From IMG/VR virus record IMGVR_UViG_3300013119_001061: DNA of 64,000 nucleotides; one strand, 5' to 3'. Positions within the stretch are counted from its first letter, which is position 1. Each line of letters opens with the position of its first letter. The notes below the pieces were generated by a model that made no database searches, had not been told where the DNA came from, and saw only the letters and a list, made by a program, of their open reading frames with translations. Made by a program: the position numbers and the translations under genes. The stretch is from a virus. This document shows positions 41,871 through 50,649 of the stretch, piece by piece.

Positions 41871-42179
41871 TTGGTAGAAGTTCTTACAGAGAAAAACTTT
41901 AAAGAGAGAACGTCAGATGGTTTAGTCTTGGTAAAGTTTGGAGCACCCTGGTGTGGCCCATGCAAGATGATTACTCCCACGCTGACAGAGATTTCAAGAA
42001 ATCGAAATGATGTTGCAATTCTTGAGGTTGACACAGACGAGTCTCCTGCTCTTGCATCACAATTCCAGATTCGAGGAATTCCAGCAATATTTGTCATGAA
42101 AGACGGGCAAGTACTTGAGCAAACATCTGGAATGACGAACAAAGACAAGATCAATGAAATGATTGATCGGTACATTTAA
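41871..42179 (+). CDS. trxA: Thioredoxin
   Basis: WCGPC, IRGIP. Confidence 0.95.
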   Translation: MVEVLTEKNFKERTSDGLVLVKFGAPWCGPCKMITPTLTEISRNRNDVAILEVDTDESPALASQFQIRGIPAIFVMKDGQVLEQTSGMTNKDKINEMIDRYI

Positions 42180-42337
42180 TGACATCGAACAATAAAGAGA
42201 TGATTCGATTTGCAGGCATATGCTTTATTATCGGATCATTTTTTACATCAAGCACAGCAATACATACATTAGCTGATGTGTCAATGGTTGGCATTTTAGC
42301 AGAGTGGGCTTACAGCTCATACAAAAGAATTAGATAG
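42179..42337 (+). CDS. Small membrane protein (52 aa, below the ORF-track cut-off)
   Basis: TAATG coupling to thioredoxin; MTSNNKEMIRFAGICFIIGSFF... Confidence 0.5.
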   Translation: MTSNNKEMIRFAGICFIIGSFFTSSTAIHTLADVSMVGILAEWAYSSYKRIR

Positions 42338-42345
42338 GAACTAAC

Positions 42346-42576
42346 ATGGCAAAGAAAATTTATAGACTTGATGATGAGGTAGTTGCAGAGGTCGCCCGGT
42401 CACTCCAGCGCGCCCTTTTAACCGGAACTGACATTGTCGATCACATTCGTGCAATTGAGCTCAATGTAGCCCGAGGAACGGGAGCAATCCAGCTTAGTGC
42501 TGAGTATCTAGCTCGAACACAAGAGAATGACAATCGAATGGTCGACGAAGCCCAAGAGCTTACACTCGAGAACTAA
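42346..42576 (+). CDS. Hypothetical protein
   Basis: SD AGGA; LQRALLTGTDIVDHIR. Confidence 0.6.
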   Translation: MAKKIYRLDDEVVAEVARSLQRALLTGTDIVDHIRAIELNVARGTGAIQLSAEYLARTQENDNRMVDEAQELTLEN

Positions 42577-42580
42577 TACA

Positions 42581-42958
42581 GTGACATATACAGACAGATT
42601 AGACTGTATCTTCCATTTGCAAGAAGCATTTATGAAGGATCTGTCTGATAAAAAAGAAAAGCTGCCAGAATGGCCCGTAGATCCAAGCGATAAAAAAGCC
42701 CAGCAGTTCATCAGGGATATCATTCATCGAGGCACAGAGGAATCGTATGAAGCTCTGGCGCACCTTAAGAACTGGAAGCCTCACAAACACACTGAAACTA
42801 AAGAGTTCAATAGGGCCGAGTTCCTAGAGGAAATGGTAGATGACTTTACCTATAAGCTCGAGGCTCTGATTCTAATGGGATATGACCCGCAAGAGTTCTT
42901 CGATGCGTTCTGCGACAAGAACCGAAAGAATTTAGATAGGGTAAACGGCGATTATTGA
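42581..42958 (+). CDS. All-alpha (dimeric dUTPase / T4 gp56 / MazG-like) dNTP pyrophosphatase
   Basis: EESYEAL.HLKNWKPH, EFLEEMVD, KN..N..R; likely GTG start at 42581. Confidence 0.75.
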   Translation: MTYTDRLDCIFHLQEAFMKDLSDKKEKLPEWPVDPSDKKAQQFIRDIIHRGTEESYEALAHLKNWKPHKHTETKEFNRAEFLEEMVDDFTYKLEALILMGYDPQEFFDAFCDKNRKNLDRVNGDY

Positions 42959-42991
42959 TCTGATCTCGATATTTAATAATGTGAGATTATA

Positions 42992-44671
42992 ATGCCGCTT
43001 ACTAAAATACACACTGATGACATATTGTCAGGCTCTATATCCGCAGGATCAATTGGGCCTGACATAGTCACAGGACAATCTGCTTCTACTAGCGCTGATG
43101 ACAATGATCTAATTTTAATATATGATGATACTACATCTGCATTACGCAAGATGACACGCGCCAATTTCACATCAGGCCTAGGCGGATCTTTAGACGTAGC
43201 TTATAATGCTGGAAGCGTTATAACAGCTGATACAGGGCCAGTCGAAATACAAGATACCAGCAATACAAATGCTGTAACAACCCTTTTGAAATTAGCGGTC
43301 TCCGGCTCAGTCACAGGAGGCGGCGCCGCCGGCCCCGAGATACAGTTTACAATACCGGTTAGCGGCGGCTCAAAAATAGGATCTGCAATAAGAGGTGTTA
43401 AGTTTGCTTCAAGCACATCTGACTCAACTGGAGAAATGCAATTTCTTTGCTCAGACAATGATGAGACGCTCGATCTAAGATTGAAAATGGATGGGACTGG
43501 GATAGCCGTTCAGGGTGCAGGGTCAACTCTAGCATATCCTAGTAGCGGCGACTCTTTTATTGTGGCATCCTCTGGGAATGACTATTCGATAGCAGTAACA
43601 AATTCAAATGGCAATGTAGGCATTGGCAATAGAAGTGCTGCAGAGTTGTTAGAGGTAGAAGACGGTACCGGCGCCACTACAATTCAGATTAACAATACTG
43701 CTACTAGCGGTGATCCACAATTAGCTTTTGCTCTTAGTGGAACTAAGAAGTTCACAATGGGTGTTGATGACTCTGATTCTGACAAGTTTAAAATTGGAAC
43801 AACAGCAGTTGCTACAAGCACAAGGTTGACAATAGATTCCTCTGGTAATGTCGGTATAGGTGAAACAAGTCCATCATATAATCTTCATATATCTTCTACG
43901 GGTGATGCCGCGCTCTATCTTGAAGCAGATACAAACAATACACCTGAAGATGATAATGCATTTATAAAATTATCCCAGGACAATACAGCAGTTCAATCAA
44001 TCATAGGGTTGTGCGGAGCAACAAATAAGGATCCGGAGAACGTTACATACACGGGTGTCGTTAATAATAACATGCTTATTGGTACAACAACAAACTATGG
44101 TTTGCAGCTAGGTACAAACGATAACGTTAGAATGACGATTGAAAATTCGGGATACGTTGGAATAGGGGACACTTCCCCGTCATATCCCCTGTCTTTGTCA
44201 AATAGCAACTCCGCCGGTTATGTTGCGCAGTTTTATAACAGCTATAACGGCAGCGCCGGCGGACTATGGGTCAAAGCAGGTAATACATCATCAACAGGCT
44301 CTCCTCATCCACTCATAGTGCAGTCTTACAGTGGCACAAATCAATTCTACGTGCGTCAGGATGGCAAATACTATCACAGAGGATCGTCGGTGTCAACGGC
44401 AGACAGCAAGCGAGATATTATAGCATTGTCAGAAAATGCTGTTAATATGCTGAAGAATATCCGAGTAGTTACATACAACTACATAGAAGACACAAATGAC
44501 AGAGTTGCAAGAATTGGATTTATTGCAGATGACACTGACAACCAGCTGGCAATTGATAGTCGACTTACCGACGGCGGAACAGGGTTTGATGTCCAAACAA
44601 TTGTAGGAACATTAATAAAAGCAATTCAAGAACTAAATCAAAGAATCGAAACTTTAGAAAGCGGGAGCTAA
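42992..44671 (+). CDS. Tail fibre / spike with C-terminal S74 intramolecular chaperone
   Basis: GNVGIG repeats; STADSKRDI, IGFIA, LIKAIQEL...IETLE. Confidence 0.8.
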   Translation: MPLTKIHTDDILSGSISAGSIGPDIVTGQSASTSADDNDLILIYDDTTSALRKMTRANFTSGLGGSLDVAYNAGSVITADTGPVEIQDTSNTNAVTTLLKLAVSGSVTGGGAAGPEIQFTIPVSGGSKIGSAIRGVKFASSTSDSTGEMQFLCSDNDETLDLRLKMDGTGIAVQGAGSTLAYPSSGDSFIVASSGNDYSIAVTNSNGNVGIGNRSAAELLEVEDGTGATTIQINNTATSGDPQLAFALSGTKKFTMGVDDSDSDKFKIGTTAVATSTRLTIDSSGNVGIGETSPSYNLHISSTGDAALYLEADTNNTPEDDNAFIKLSQDNTAVQSIIGLCGATNKDPENVTYTGVVNNNMLIGTTTNYGLQLGTNDNVRMTIENSGYVGIGDTSPSYPLSLSNSNSAGYVAQFYNSYNGSAGGLWVKAGNTSSTGSPHPLIVQSYSGTNQFYVRQDGKYYHRGSSVSTADSKRDIIALSENAVNMLKNIRVVTYNYIEDTNDRVARIGFIADDTDNQLAIDSRLTDGGTGFDVQTIVGTLIKAIQELNQRIETLESGS

Positions 44672-44673
44672 TA

Positions 44674-46092
44674 ATGGGAACAACAGGAATACGCGGAACA
44701 CAAATCAAAGATGAGACAGTCGAGTCAGTTGATATAGCATCAGGCTCAATCAAAATGGGTGAACTCAGCACTGATATCATAACAAGTCAGACAGCTGAAA
44801 CGTCTGTAGCTGACGGCGATCTAGTCTTGATTTATGATACATCAGCGTCAGCATTTAGAAAGATGACAAAGTCGAATTTCACGTCCGGAGTTACTGCAGA
44901 TCCTGCGGGTTCTGACGGCCAGATTCAATATAATAACGGAGGATCCGCAGGGGGTGCTTCAGGGCTGTATTACGACGACGTCAATAATCGACTAGGCGTA
45001 GGGACCTCATCACCCGCAGCATTGCTCCACATAACCTCCTCTGCAGACGGAGATGTGCTATTTCGTGCAACGCCATATAACCAGTCAAATGATGGTCTTG
45101 TTGTAACTGATAGAGACGGTGCAACATATGTCACCCTTAACAAAGCAGGACAATCAACATATCCGCTTGACGTAAACGGAAATATAAGAGGCATAGCATT
45201 TATTTCCACCGTTGATAGCACGAGTTACGGATTCAGGGTCGGACAATCCCAACACACTCTATACGGAGTAGCAGAAGGAAACACAGATCAAGGAGCTGTC
45301 TTCCTGATGAAGAATAACGGGGGCTTAGTTATCAGCGGCAGTGATACATCTAGCCCTCTCCGCGTCCAATCACCAAGCAGTTCAAATATTTTAGTAGCAT
45401 CAGGTTCTGGCAAGGTGGGAATAGGAACTGACTCCCCTGATAGAGCCCTTGATATTCTTGACGCATCAAATCCCCAGCTTCGATTAACACATACAGACAA
45501 TACTGAGTATACAGATTTTCAAACTGACTCTTCTGGAAACCTAGCAATCGGATCGTCGGGTGATACTGTAGAGATCCAATATGGGGGATCGACTGCTGCG
45601 CTAGACATATTCAGTAAATCAACTGACGTTTATATTCGAGGAAAACAACAAGATATTGATGTTAACTTTCAAGTTAACGACGGCGGATCAACAACGACAG
45701 TTTTAAATCTTGATGCTGCAAATTCTATGGCAAATATAGCTAAGTTCTTGTCATACCAGTCAGTGACATACGATTTAGGCTCCGGAACAACATCAACAAT
45801 TACTCCTACTGCCTCATGCCATTTATTGACTGCTACAACCATAACGGGTGATATGGGAGTGCATACAATTACATTAGCAAATGGAACTGTATCAGGTCAA
45901 GTTTTGCAATTAATTATGAATTCAACTACTAATAGCATAAACATTCAATTTGATGCAACAACGAATATCCAGGGAACGTGGTCGGGCGGAATAGGAATTC
46001 CAGCAGATGCAATCGGAGCTGCCCTGACGTTTATCTGGAATGGGTCATCATGGACGCTAATGAATAGCAACGGCTTAACAATGGCATCATAA
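44674..46092 (+). CDS. Fibre-like virion protein
   Basis: N-terminus paralogous to the previous gene; QIQYN, LGVGT/VGIGT repeats. Confidence 0.7.
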   Translation: MGTTGIRGTQIKDETVESVDIASGSIKMGELSTDIITSQTAETSVADGDLVLIYDTSASAFRKMTKSNFTSGVTADPAGSDGQIQYNNGGSAGGASGLYYDDVNNRLGVGTSSPAALLHITSSADGDVLFRATPYNQSNDGLVVTDRDGATYVTLNKAGQSTYPLDVNGNIRGIAFISTVDSTSYGFRVGQSQHTLYGVAEGNTDQGAVFLMKNNGGLVISGSDTSSPLRVQSPSSSNILVASGSGKVGIGTDSPDRALDILDASNPQLRLTHTDNTEYTDFQTDSSGNLAIGSSGDTVEIQYGGSTAALDIFSKSTDVYIRGKQQDIDVNFQVNDGGSTTTVLNLDAANSMANIAKFLSYQSVTYDLGSGTTSTITPTASCHLLTATTITGDMGVHTITLANGTVSGQVLQLIMNSTTNSINIQFDATTNIQGTWSGGIGIPADAIGAALTFIWNGSSWTLMNSNGLTMAS

Positions 46093-46123
46093 ACATTTTT
46101 TAGACACATAATATAATCTTTAT

Positions 46124-47089
46124 ATGATAGACAAACTAAACCTACAGCGGCTCTTCGAGGTCCAGAATGAATTTTCTGAACTGTTCAATAAAAGAAATGA
46201 CCTAACCATAGGAGAAAGAGAAAAGCTCACACAGGAGTTCTCTCTGGCACTTCACAGTGAAATCTCGTCACTAATCAGCGAGATCAATTTCAAGAGTCAC
46301 TCCCGAGACAAGAAGCAGGTTGTTGAAAACAGCATTCTATTTGAAGGTGTTGATATCTTCCGCTATCTTCTGGCAATCTTAAATCTATGGGGGTTCTCGG
46401 CCGAGGACTTTGCACAAGCATTTGACGATAAAGAGAACTACCTCCAAGTCAAGTATGTCAAGAATGCTCAAAAGTGGGAAGGTCAACCTGTAATTCTGGT
46501 TGATGCTGATGATGTTATTGTAGAGTTCAGAAAAGGATACAGTGATTATCTCAATTCACATGAAGGAATTACTGTTGATCCTGCCTCATCGGAATACTAC
46601 TTTACCAGTGGTATTCCAAAAGAGTTGTATAATCCTGAGCAGCTATTCCAGGATTTTATTGACCAGCGCCGCCTAAAAAACCTCGAGGCTACAACATCAA
46701 CAATTGAGGCTTTAAATGAACTATATGATCAAGGTTACTGGATTCAGATTCTAACTGCACGACCTTCCGCCAACAAGACATGTCAATATGACACCTACAG
46801 CTGGCTCGAGAATAGCGGACTCAAGTTTCACAAAGTTGACTTCTCGCCTGAAAAAATGATCTGGGCAGCTCACAGCCCATACTACGATGAAGGAAAGATT
46901 GTCTGTGCAATTGACGATTCAGCCAAACATGCAATGGAATATGCAAAGCACGGAATCAAGGTTGCAGCACCAGTTCAGCCCTATAATGGTGAGCTAGAAG
47001 GCGTTGACAATATTGTCATGTTCAAAACAGGTGAAGAATTAAGAGAAGTAGTGAAACAATTCTCTCATTCACGAATATTTAGTATATGA
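46124..47089 (+). CDS. Fusion of all-alpha dNTP pyrophosphatase and HAD 5'(3')-deoxyribonucleotidase
   Basis: N-part: EISSLISEINFK.H...EGVDIFRY; C-part: VDADDVI, ILTAR, IDDS. Confidence 0.75.
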   Translation: MIDKLNLQRLFEVQNEFSELFNKRNDLTIGEREKLTQEFSLALHSEISSLISEINFKSHSRDKKQVVENSILFEGVDIFRYLLAILNLWGFSAEDFAQAFDDKENYLQVKYVKNAQKWEGQPVILVDADDVIVEFRKGYSDYLNSHEGITVDPASSEYYFTSGIPKELYNPEQLFQDFIDQRRLKNLEATTSTIEALNELYDQGYWIQILTARPSANKTCQYDTYSWLENSGLKFHKVDFSPEKMIWAAHSPYYDEGKIVCAIDDSAKHAMEYAKHGIKVAAPVQPYNGELEGVDNIVMFKTGEELREVVKQFSHSRIFSI

Positions 47090-47766
47090 TCAAAATTACA
47101 GTAAAAGAGTTACGAAGCTTAATCAGGGAATCTATGATGGATTTAAATCCTGATCTAAAACCAGATTGCGATACTTTTGCAGTCTTTGACTTTGATGAAA
47201 CACTTGCTTTGACAAATTCAAGCGTTCTCGTTAAAAACAAAGAAGGCAAGACAATCAAGGAATTGTCTCCCGCAGAATATGCAATTTACAAAGAAGAGCC
47301 AGGTGAGGTATTCGACTTTAGTGAGTTTGATATTGTTAAAGATGGTCGTCCTACTCCTCTTATGAATATTTTGAGAGACGTTGCATCATGCGGCACTACA
47401 GCTGCTGCAATCCTTACAGCCCGAGGTCCCGCAGCGAAAGGTCCTATTAGAGACTTTCTTAAGACAATGGGCATAAAGCTGCAGATTATCGATACTGTAA
47501 ATACATCAAATCCTCAAGCTAAGGCTGACAAGATTCGAGGATATGTAACGTCATTTACACCACGAGTTCTTCACTTTTTTGAGGATTCACCCAAAAATAT
47601 CGAAGCAGTTCGGCAGTTAGCAAAGAAAAATCCTGCAATGTCAAATGTTCAAATTGTGCTCCATCACATTGTTGATCCCGAGGGCGACATGAAGATCAAT
47701 ATTGAAGAGGTCGAGAACGAAGGAATGGAAGCAGTGACTGCCATAATTGATTCAAACCACGTTTGA
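47086..47766 (+). CDS. HAD-family phosphatase with an N-terminal ELRSLIRE leader
   Basis: FDFDETL, ILTARG, FFEDS.KN. Confidence 0.75.
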   Translation: MIKITVKELRSLIRESMMDLNPDLKPDCDTFAVFDFDETLALTNSSVLVKNKEGKTIKELSPAEYAIYKEEPGEVFDFSEFDIVKDGRPTPLMNILRDVASCGTTAAAILTARGPAAKGPIRDFLKTMGIKLQIIDTVNTSNPQAKADKIRGYVTSFTPRVLHFFEDSPKNIEAVRQLAKKNPAMSNVQIVLHHIVDPEGDMKINIEEVENEGMEAVTAIIDSNHV

Positions 47767-47791
47767 ACATTACCTCCTGATAGCATATAAT
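47763..47791 (+). promoter_or_regulatory. Sigma70-like promoter for the ThyX2 cluster
   Basis: TTGAAC-N17-TATAAT. Confidence 0.75.
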
Positions 47792-47820
47792 CATTTATAA
47801 TAATTCATAAGGAGGCTACT

Positions 47821-48804
47821 TTGCCACAAAATCTAGACCTGACGCCTGTGACTCTTCCAATGCCATTACGATTTGGGGAGACTCCACAAACAGAATTCGT
47901 TAACGATCTTGACGCACTTAAAGTTGAGCTTGTTGATCATCCAACCGCAGAACAAATTAGAAACGTTGCATATCGATATGTTAAAGCAACCTGGGCAGAT
48001 TCACCTGAGGAAACAAACCCCTTGAATGCCACCCAGCGCGAGCTAAGTGAGACGCTTGAAGAAGTTCTCCAGTTTCGTGCTCTTCCCGCCGGAATGGAGG
48101 CTATGAGCTTCACATTCCTCGTCTCAGGTATTGATCTCCAGACTGTAACACATTTGATTCGTCATCGTGCAGGAACCTATGCAGCACAATGCACGGGCGA
48201 CCGCTGGCAGTCACATTCTCGGGTTTTGGTACCGGCTGCTGTACAAAACACCCCAGAGCTTTATGAGCGCTGGCAGAAGAATGTTCAAGAAAGCAAGCAG
48301 CTATATGCTGATATGATTGACACACGAAAGATTTCAATTATGGATGCACGTACAATCTTGCCCCGCGCCGTTGAGACCTTCTATTACGCCAGGTTCAATC
48401 TAAAAGATCTAATGGGCTTCATTCGTCAGCGGTGTGATAAGCAGATCCAGCCGGCTGCCGACAATATTATGGCAGCACAAATGGCCTTGGCAGTATGTAG
48501 GGTAATTCCTGAGGCAGCTATGTCTATCGGAACGCGTACTCTTACAGGCCCGGCAATGCATTATGTTCGAAACATGAGATCAGGAACCGGAACTAATCTT
48601 TATTGGCCTGATGCAGACACTGATGCCAAGATCGAATATCATCCTGAGGATACGATCTATCAGGCAGAACGTGACAACGTTAATGGAACTAATCCTCCGG
48701 CAAATGAGACAGGTGAGAATAGCAAGTTCCGTCAGCATTGGAATGGATTACTATCACAGATTCGTGATATTGAGACTGAGTACAAGGATAAGATGGGGCG
48801 ATAA
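47821..48804 (+). CDS. Divergent second ThyX-fold flavoprotein
   Basis: E..SFTF...GI, THLIRHRAGTYAAQCTGDR, DARTILP, FIRQRC; TTG start after AAGGAGG. Confidence 0.8.
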   Translation: MPQNLDLTPVTLPMPLRFGETPQTEFVNDLDALKVELVDHPTAEQIRNVAYRYVKATWADSPEETNPLNATQRELSETLEEVLQFRALPAGMEAMSFTFLVSGIDLQTVTHLIRHRAGTYAAQCTGDRWQSHSRVLVPAAVQNTPELYERWQKNVQESKQLYADMIDTRKISIMDARTILPRAVETFYYARFNLKDLMGFIRQRCDKQIQPAADNIMAAQMALAVCRVIPEAAMSIGTRTLTGPAMHYVRNMRSGTGTNLYWPDADTDAKIEYHPEDTIYQAERDNVNGTNPPANETGENSKFRQHWNGLLSQIRDIETEYKDKMGR

Positions 48805-49076
48805 TGCCGTTCGCCAATAAAGATACACATCGAAGGCGAAAGCTAATATTTGATCTAATCGATGAGGGTTTGTCTACGGGTGAGGTAAATGATAAGCTCA
48901 AAGATCAGAACCATCATCCTTTAGACAAAAGTGAAGAAAGTGTCTGGTTCCAGTTTTTGCATCCGGTATCAAAGAGAGATGAGATAATCTATAGAGGCGT
49001 GGTTGCTGATGGGAAAGATCTTGCCTGGGTAGGAAGAACGCTTAAGCATAGACATAATAAGCAAACAATATCATGA
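48804..49076 (+). CDS. Hypothetical protein
   Basis: Translationally coupled ORF. Confidence 0.5.
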   Translation: MPFANKDTHRRRKLIFDLIDEGLSTGEVNDKLKDQNHHPLDKSEESVWFQFLHPVSKRDEIIYRGVVADGKDLAWVGRTLKHRHNKQTIS

Positions 49077-49291
49077 GTCTTGACGAAATTGATCTTCATG
49101 GTTTGAGTCATGATTACGCAAAAAAGGTTCTTATGAGTTGGGCAAAGAAACATCATGTCCCATTTCGAGTCATTACAGGAAATAGTAATACGATGGAAAA
49201 AATTGTTCGAGAAGCATTTGATAACAAAAAATACAGATGTGAATATGAGAGTTACCATAATTTAGGAGCATTAATTGTCACAAAACGATAA
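49073..49291 (+). CDS. Stand-alone Smr domain protein
   Basis: IDLHG...VITG...NLGAL. Confidence 0.75.
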   Translation: MSLDEIDLHGLSHDYAKKVLMSWAKKHHVPFRVITGNSNTMEKIVREAFDNKKYRCEYESYHNLGALIVTKR

Positions 49292-49502
49292 TGATGACTA
49301 CGATGAAGAAGAGATAGTCGAGGAGATAATCTTTGATATATCTGCAGACGATGAAGAAGCGGCAGGAAAGATGATTATCTTGTCACTCTTTAAATCAATT
49401 CAAGATGAACAACGAAGAAGCCAGTTTTATTTTACACTTATACCCTTAGCATTTTCCTTCGGGTTGTTGCTGGGTTATTATATTTCATTCACGAATCTTT
49501 GA
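49275..49502 (+). CDS. Small acidic membrane protein
   Basis: Acidic N-terminus and C-terminal hydrophobic helix. Confidence 0.5.
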   Translation: MSQNDNDDYDEEEIVEEIIFDISADDEEAAGKMIILSLFKSIQDEQRRSQFYFTLIPLAFSFGLLLGYYISFTNL

Positions 49503-49518
49503 AAGGATCAATACAAAA

Positions 49519-49956
49519 ATGAAGGTTTATATCGCATCACCGTTTTTCAACCCAAAGCAAGTTGAGCAAGTCGAGTTTATGAAGACTGCATTGTCTGAGA
49601 CCGGCCATGAGTATTTTAGCCCCAAGGACTTTTTTGTCCTCAAGCCTAATGCAACGCAAGAAGATCGAACACGAATCTTTGATGTCAATTGCGAGAAGAT
49701 CCAGTGGGCTGACTTTGTTCTTTGCAATACTGAGGCAAAAGATCTGGGAACGATTTGGGAAGCCGGATACGCATACGGAATCGATAAACCAGTAGCATTC
49801 TTTGCTGAGGGTTTGCCAGAGGGTAAATTTAACGTAATGCTTAGTGAGGGCGGAATGTCAGTCAACACGACCCGCGAAGGTCTTACTGAGTACTTACAAA
49901 AATGCACTGACACAAATGAGCTTGTCTTCGAGCAGTATTCAGGCAATACTCAATAG
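49519..49956 (+). CDS. Nucleoside 2'-deoxyribosyltransferase / dNMP N-glycosidase family protein
   Basis: VYIASPFF, FSP, DLGTIWEAGYA, NVML. Confidence 0.88.
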   Translation: MKVYIASPFFNPKQVEQVEFMKTALSETGHEYFSPKDFFVLKPNATQEDRTRIFDVNCEKIQWADFVLCNTEAKDLGTIWEAGYAYGIDKPVAFFAEGLPEGKFNVMLSEGGMSVNTTREGLTEYLQKCTDTNELVFEQYSGNTQ

Positions 49957-49958
49957 AG

Positions 49959-50090
49959 ATGAGAAAAATCATTTTATTCTTTGCAATGTCTTTGTTGATA
50001 TCGTGTGTTCACAAACAACACCCAGCTGATACGTTCTGGGCCAAGACACTTGATTGCGACCCAAACGAGGCAGCATGTGAAGAATTCTAG
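49959..50090 (+). CDS. Small lipoprotein (43 aa, below the ORF-track cut-off)
   Basis: MRKIILFFAMSLLISC lipobox. Confidence 0.6.
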   Translation: MRKIILFFAMSLLISCVHKQHPADTFWAKTLDCDPNEAACEEF

Positions 50091-50112
50091 CTTTAACTTA
50101 AAGGAGAAAACA

Positions 50113-50643
50113 ATGATTAAAGCACTATCAATCGCTGCAGTACTTCTATTGACTGCAAATACTGCACAAGCAGATGAACAACGAATCGGTTTTGTAGCAG
50201 GCTCAACTTATGGTGTAGGTCTAGCTTACTCTAAACAATACGAAAGCGGGCATGGCTGGCAAATCTCAGCATTACCAATTGTTGAAGACAACCTAGACTC
50301 AACAATCTTTTTGGGAGCTACTAAGTTTAAGACACTTAATTCCTCAAGCTGGGGAAGAGCATATTGGTCACTAGGAATCGCAACCCTATATCGCAGAGAT
50401 ACTGGGCTTTCATTCGAAGAAGTATGCGACGATAACGGATGTGAAGAAACAGAAGTCCAGGGCGAAAAAGAAGAATTTCTTTTGATGTCGTTTGGTCCAG
50501 GTGTTGGCCTCGAACGAAGATGGAAGCAGTTTGCAATATCTCTTGAGCTTCCACTTGCAATTCAGGTAGGTAGATCTAACAACCAGTTCGGTTTTGCTGG
50601 CATGAGACCAATCCCTAATTTCTCACTAATGTATTTCTGGTAG
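50113..50643 (+). CDS. Secreted outer-membrane beta-barrel-like protein
   Basis: ATG 50113 after AAGGAG; signal peptide ending AQA; alternating beta strands; C-terminal YFW. Confidence 0.65.
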   Translation: MIKALSIAAVLLLTANTAQADEQRIGFVAGSTYGVGLAYSKQYESGHGWQISALPIVEDNLDSTIFLGATKFKTLNSSSWGRAYWSLGIATLYRRDTGLSFEEVCDDNGCEETEVQGEKEEFLLMSFGPGVGLERRWKQFAISLELPLAIQVGRSNNQFGFAGMRPIPNFSLMYFW

Positions 50644-50649
50644 ACAATA

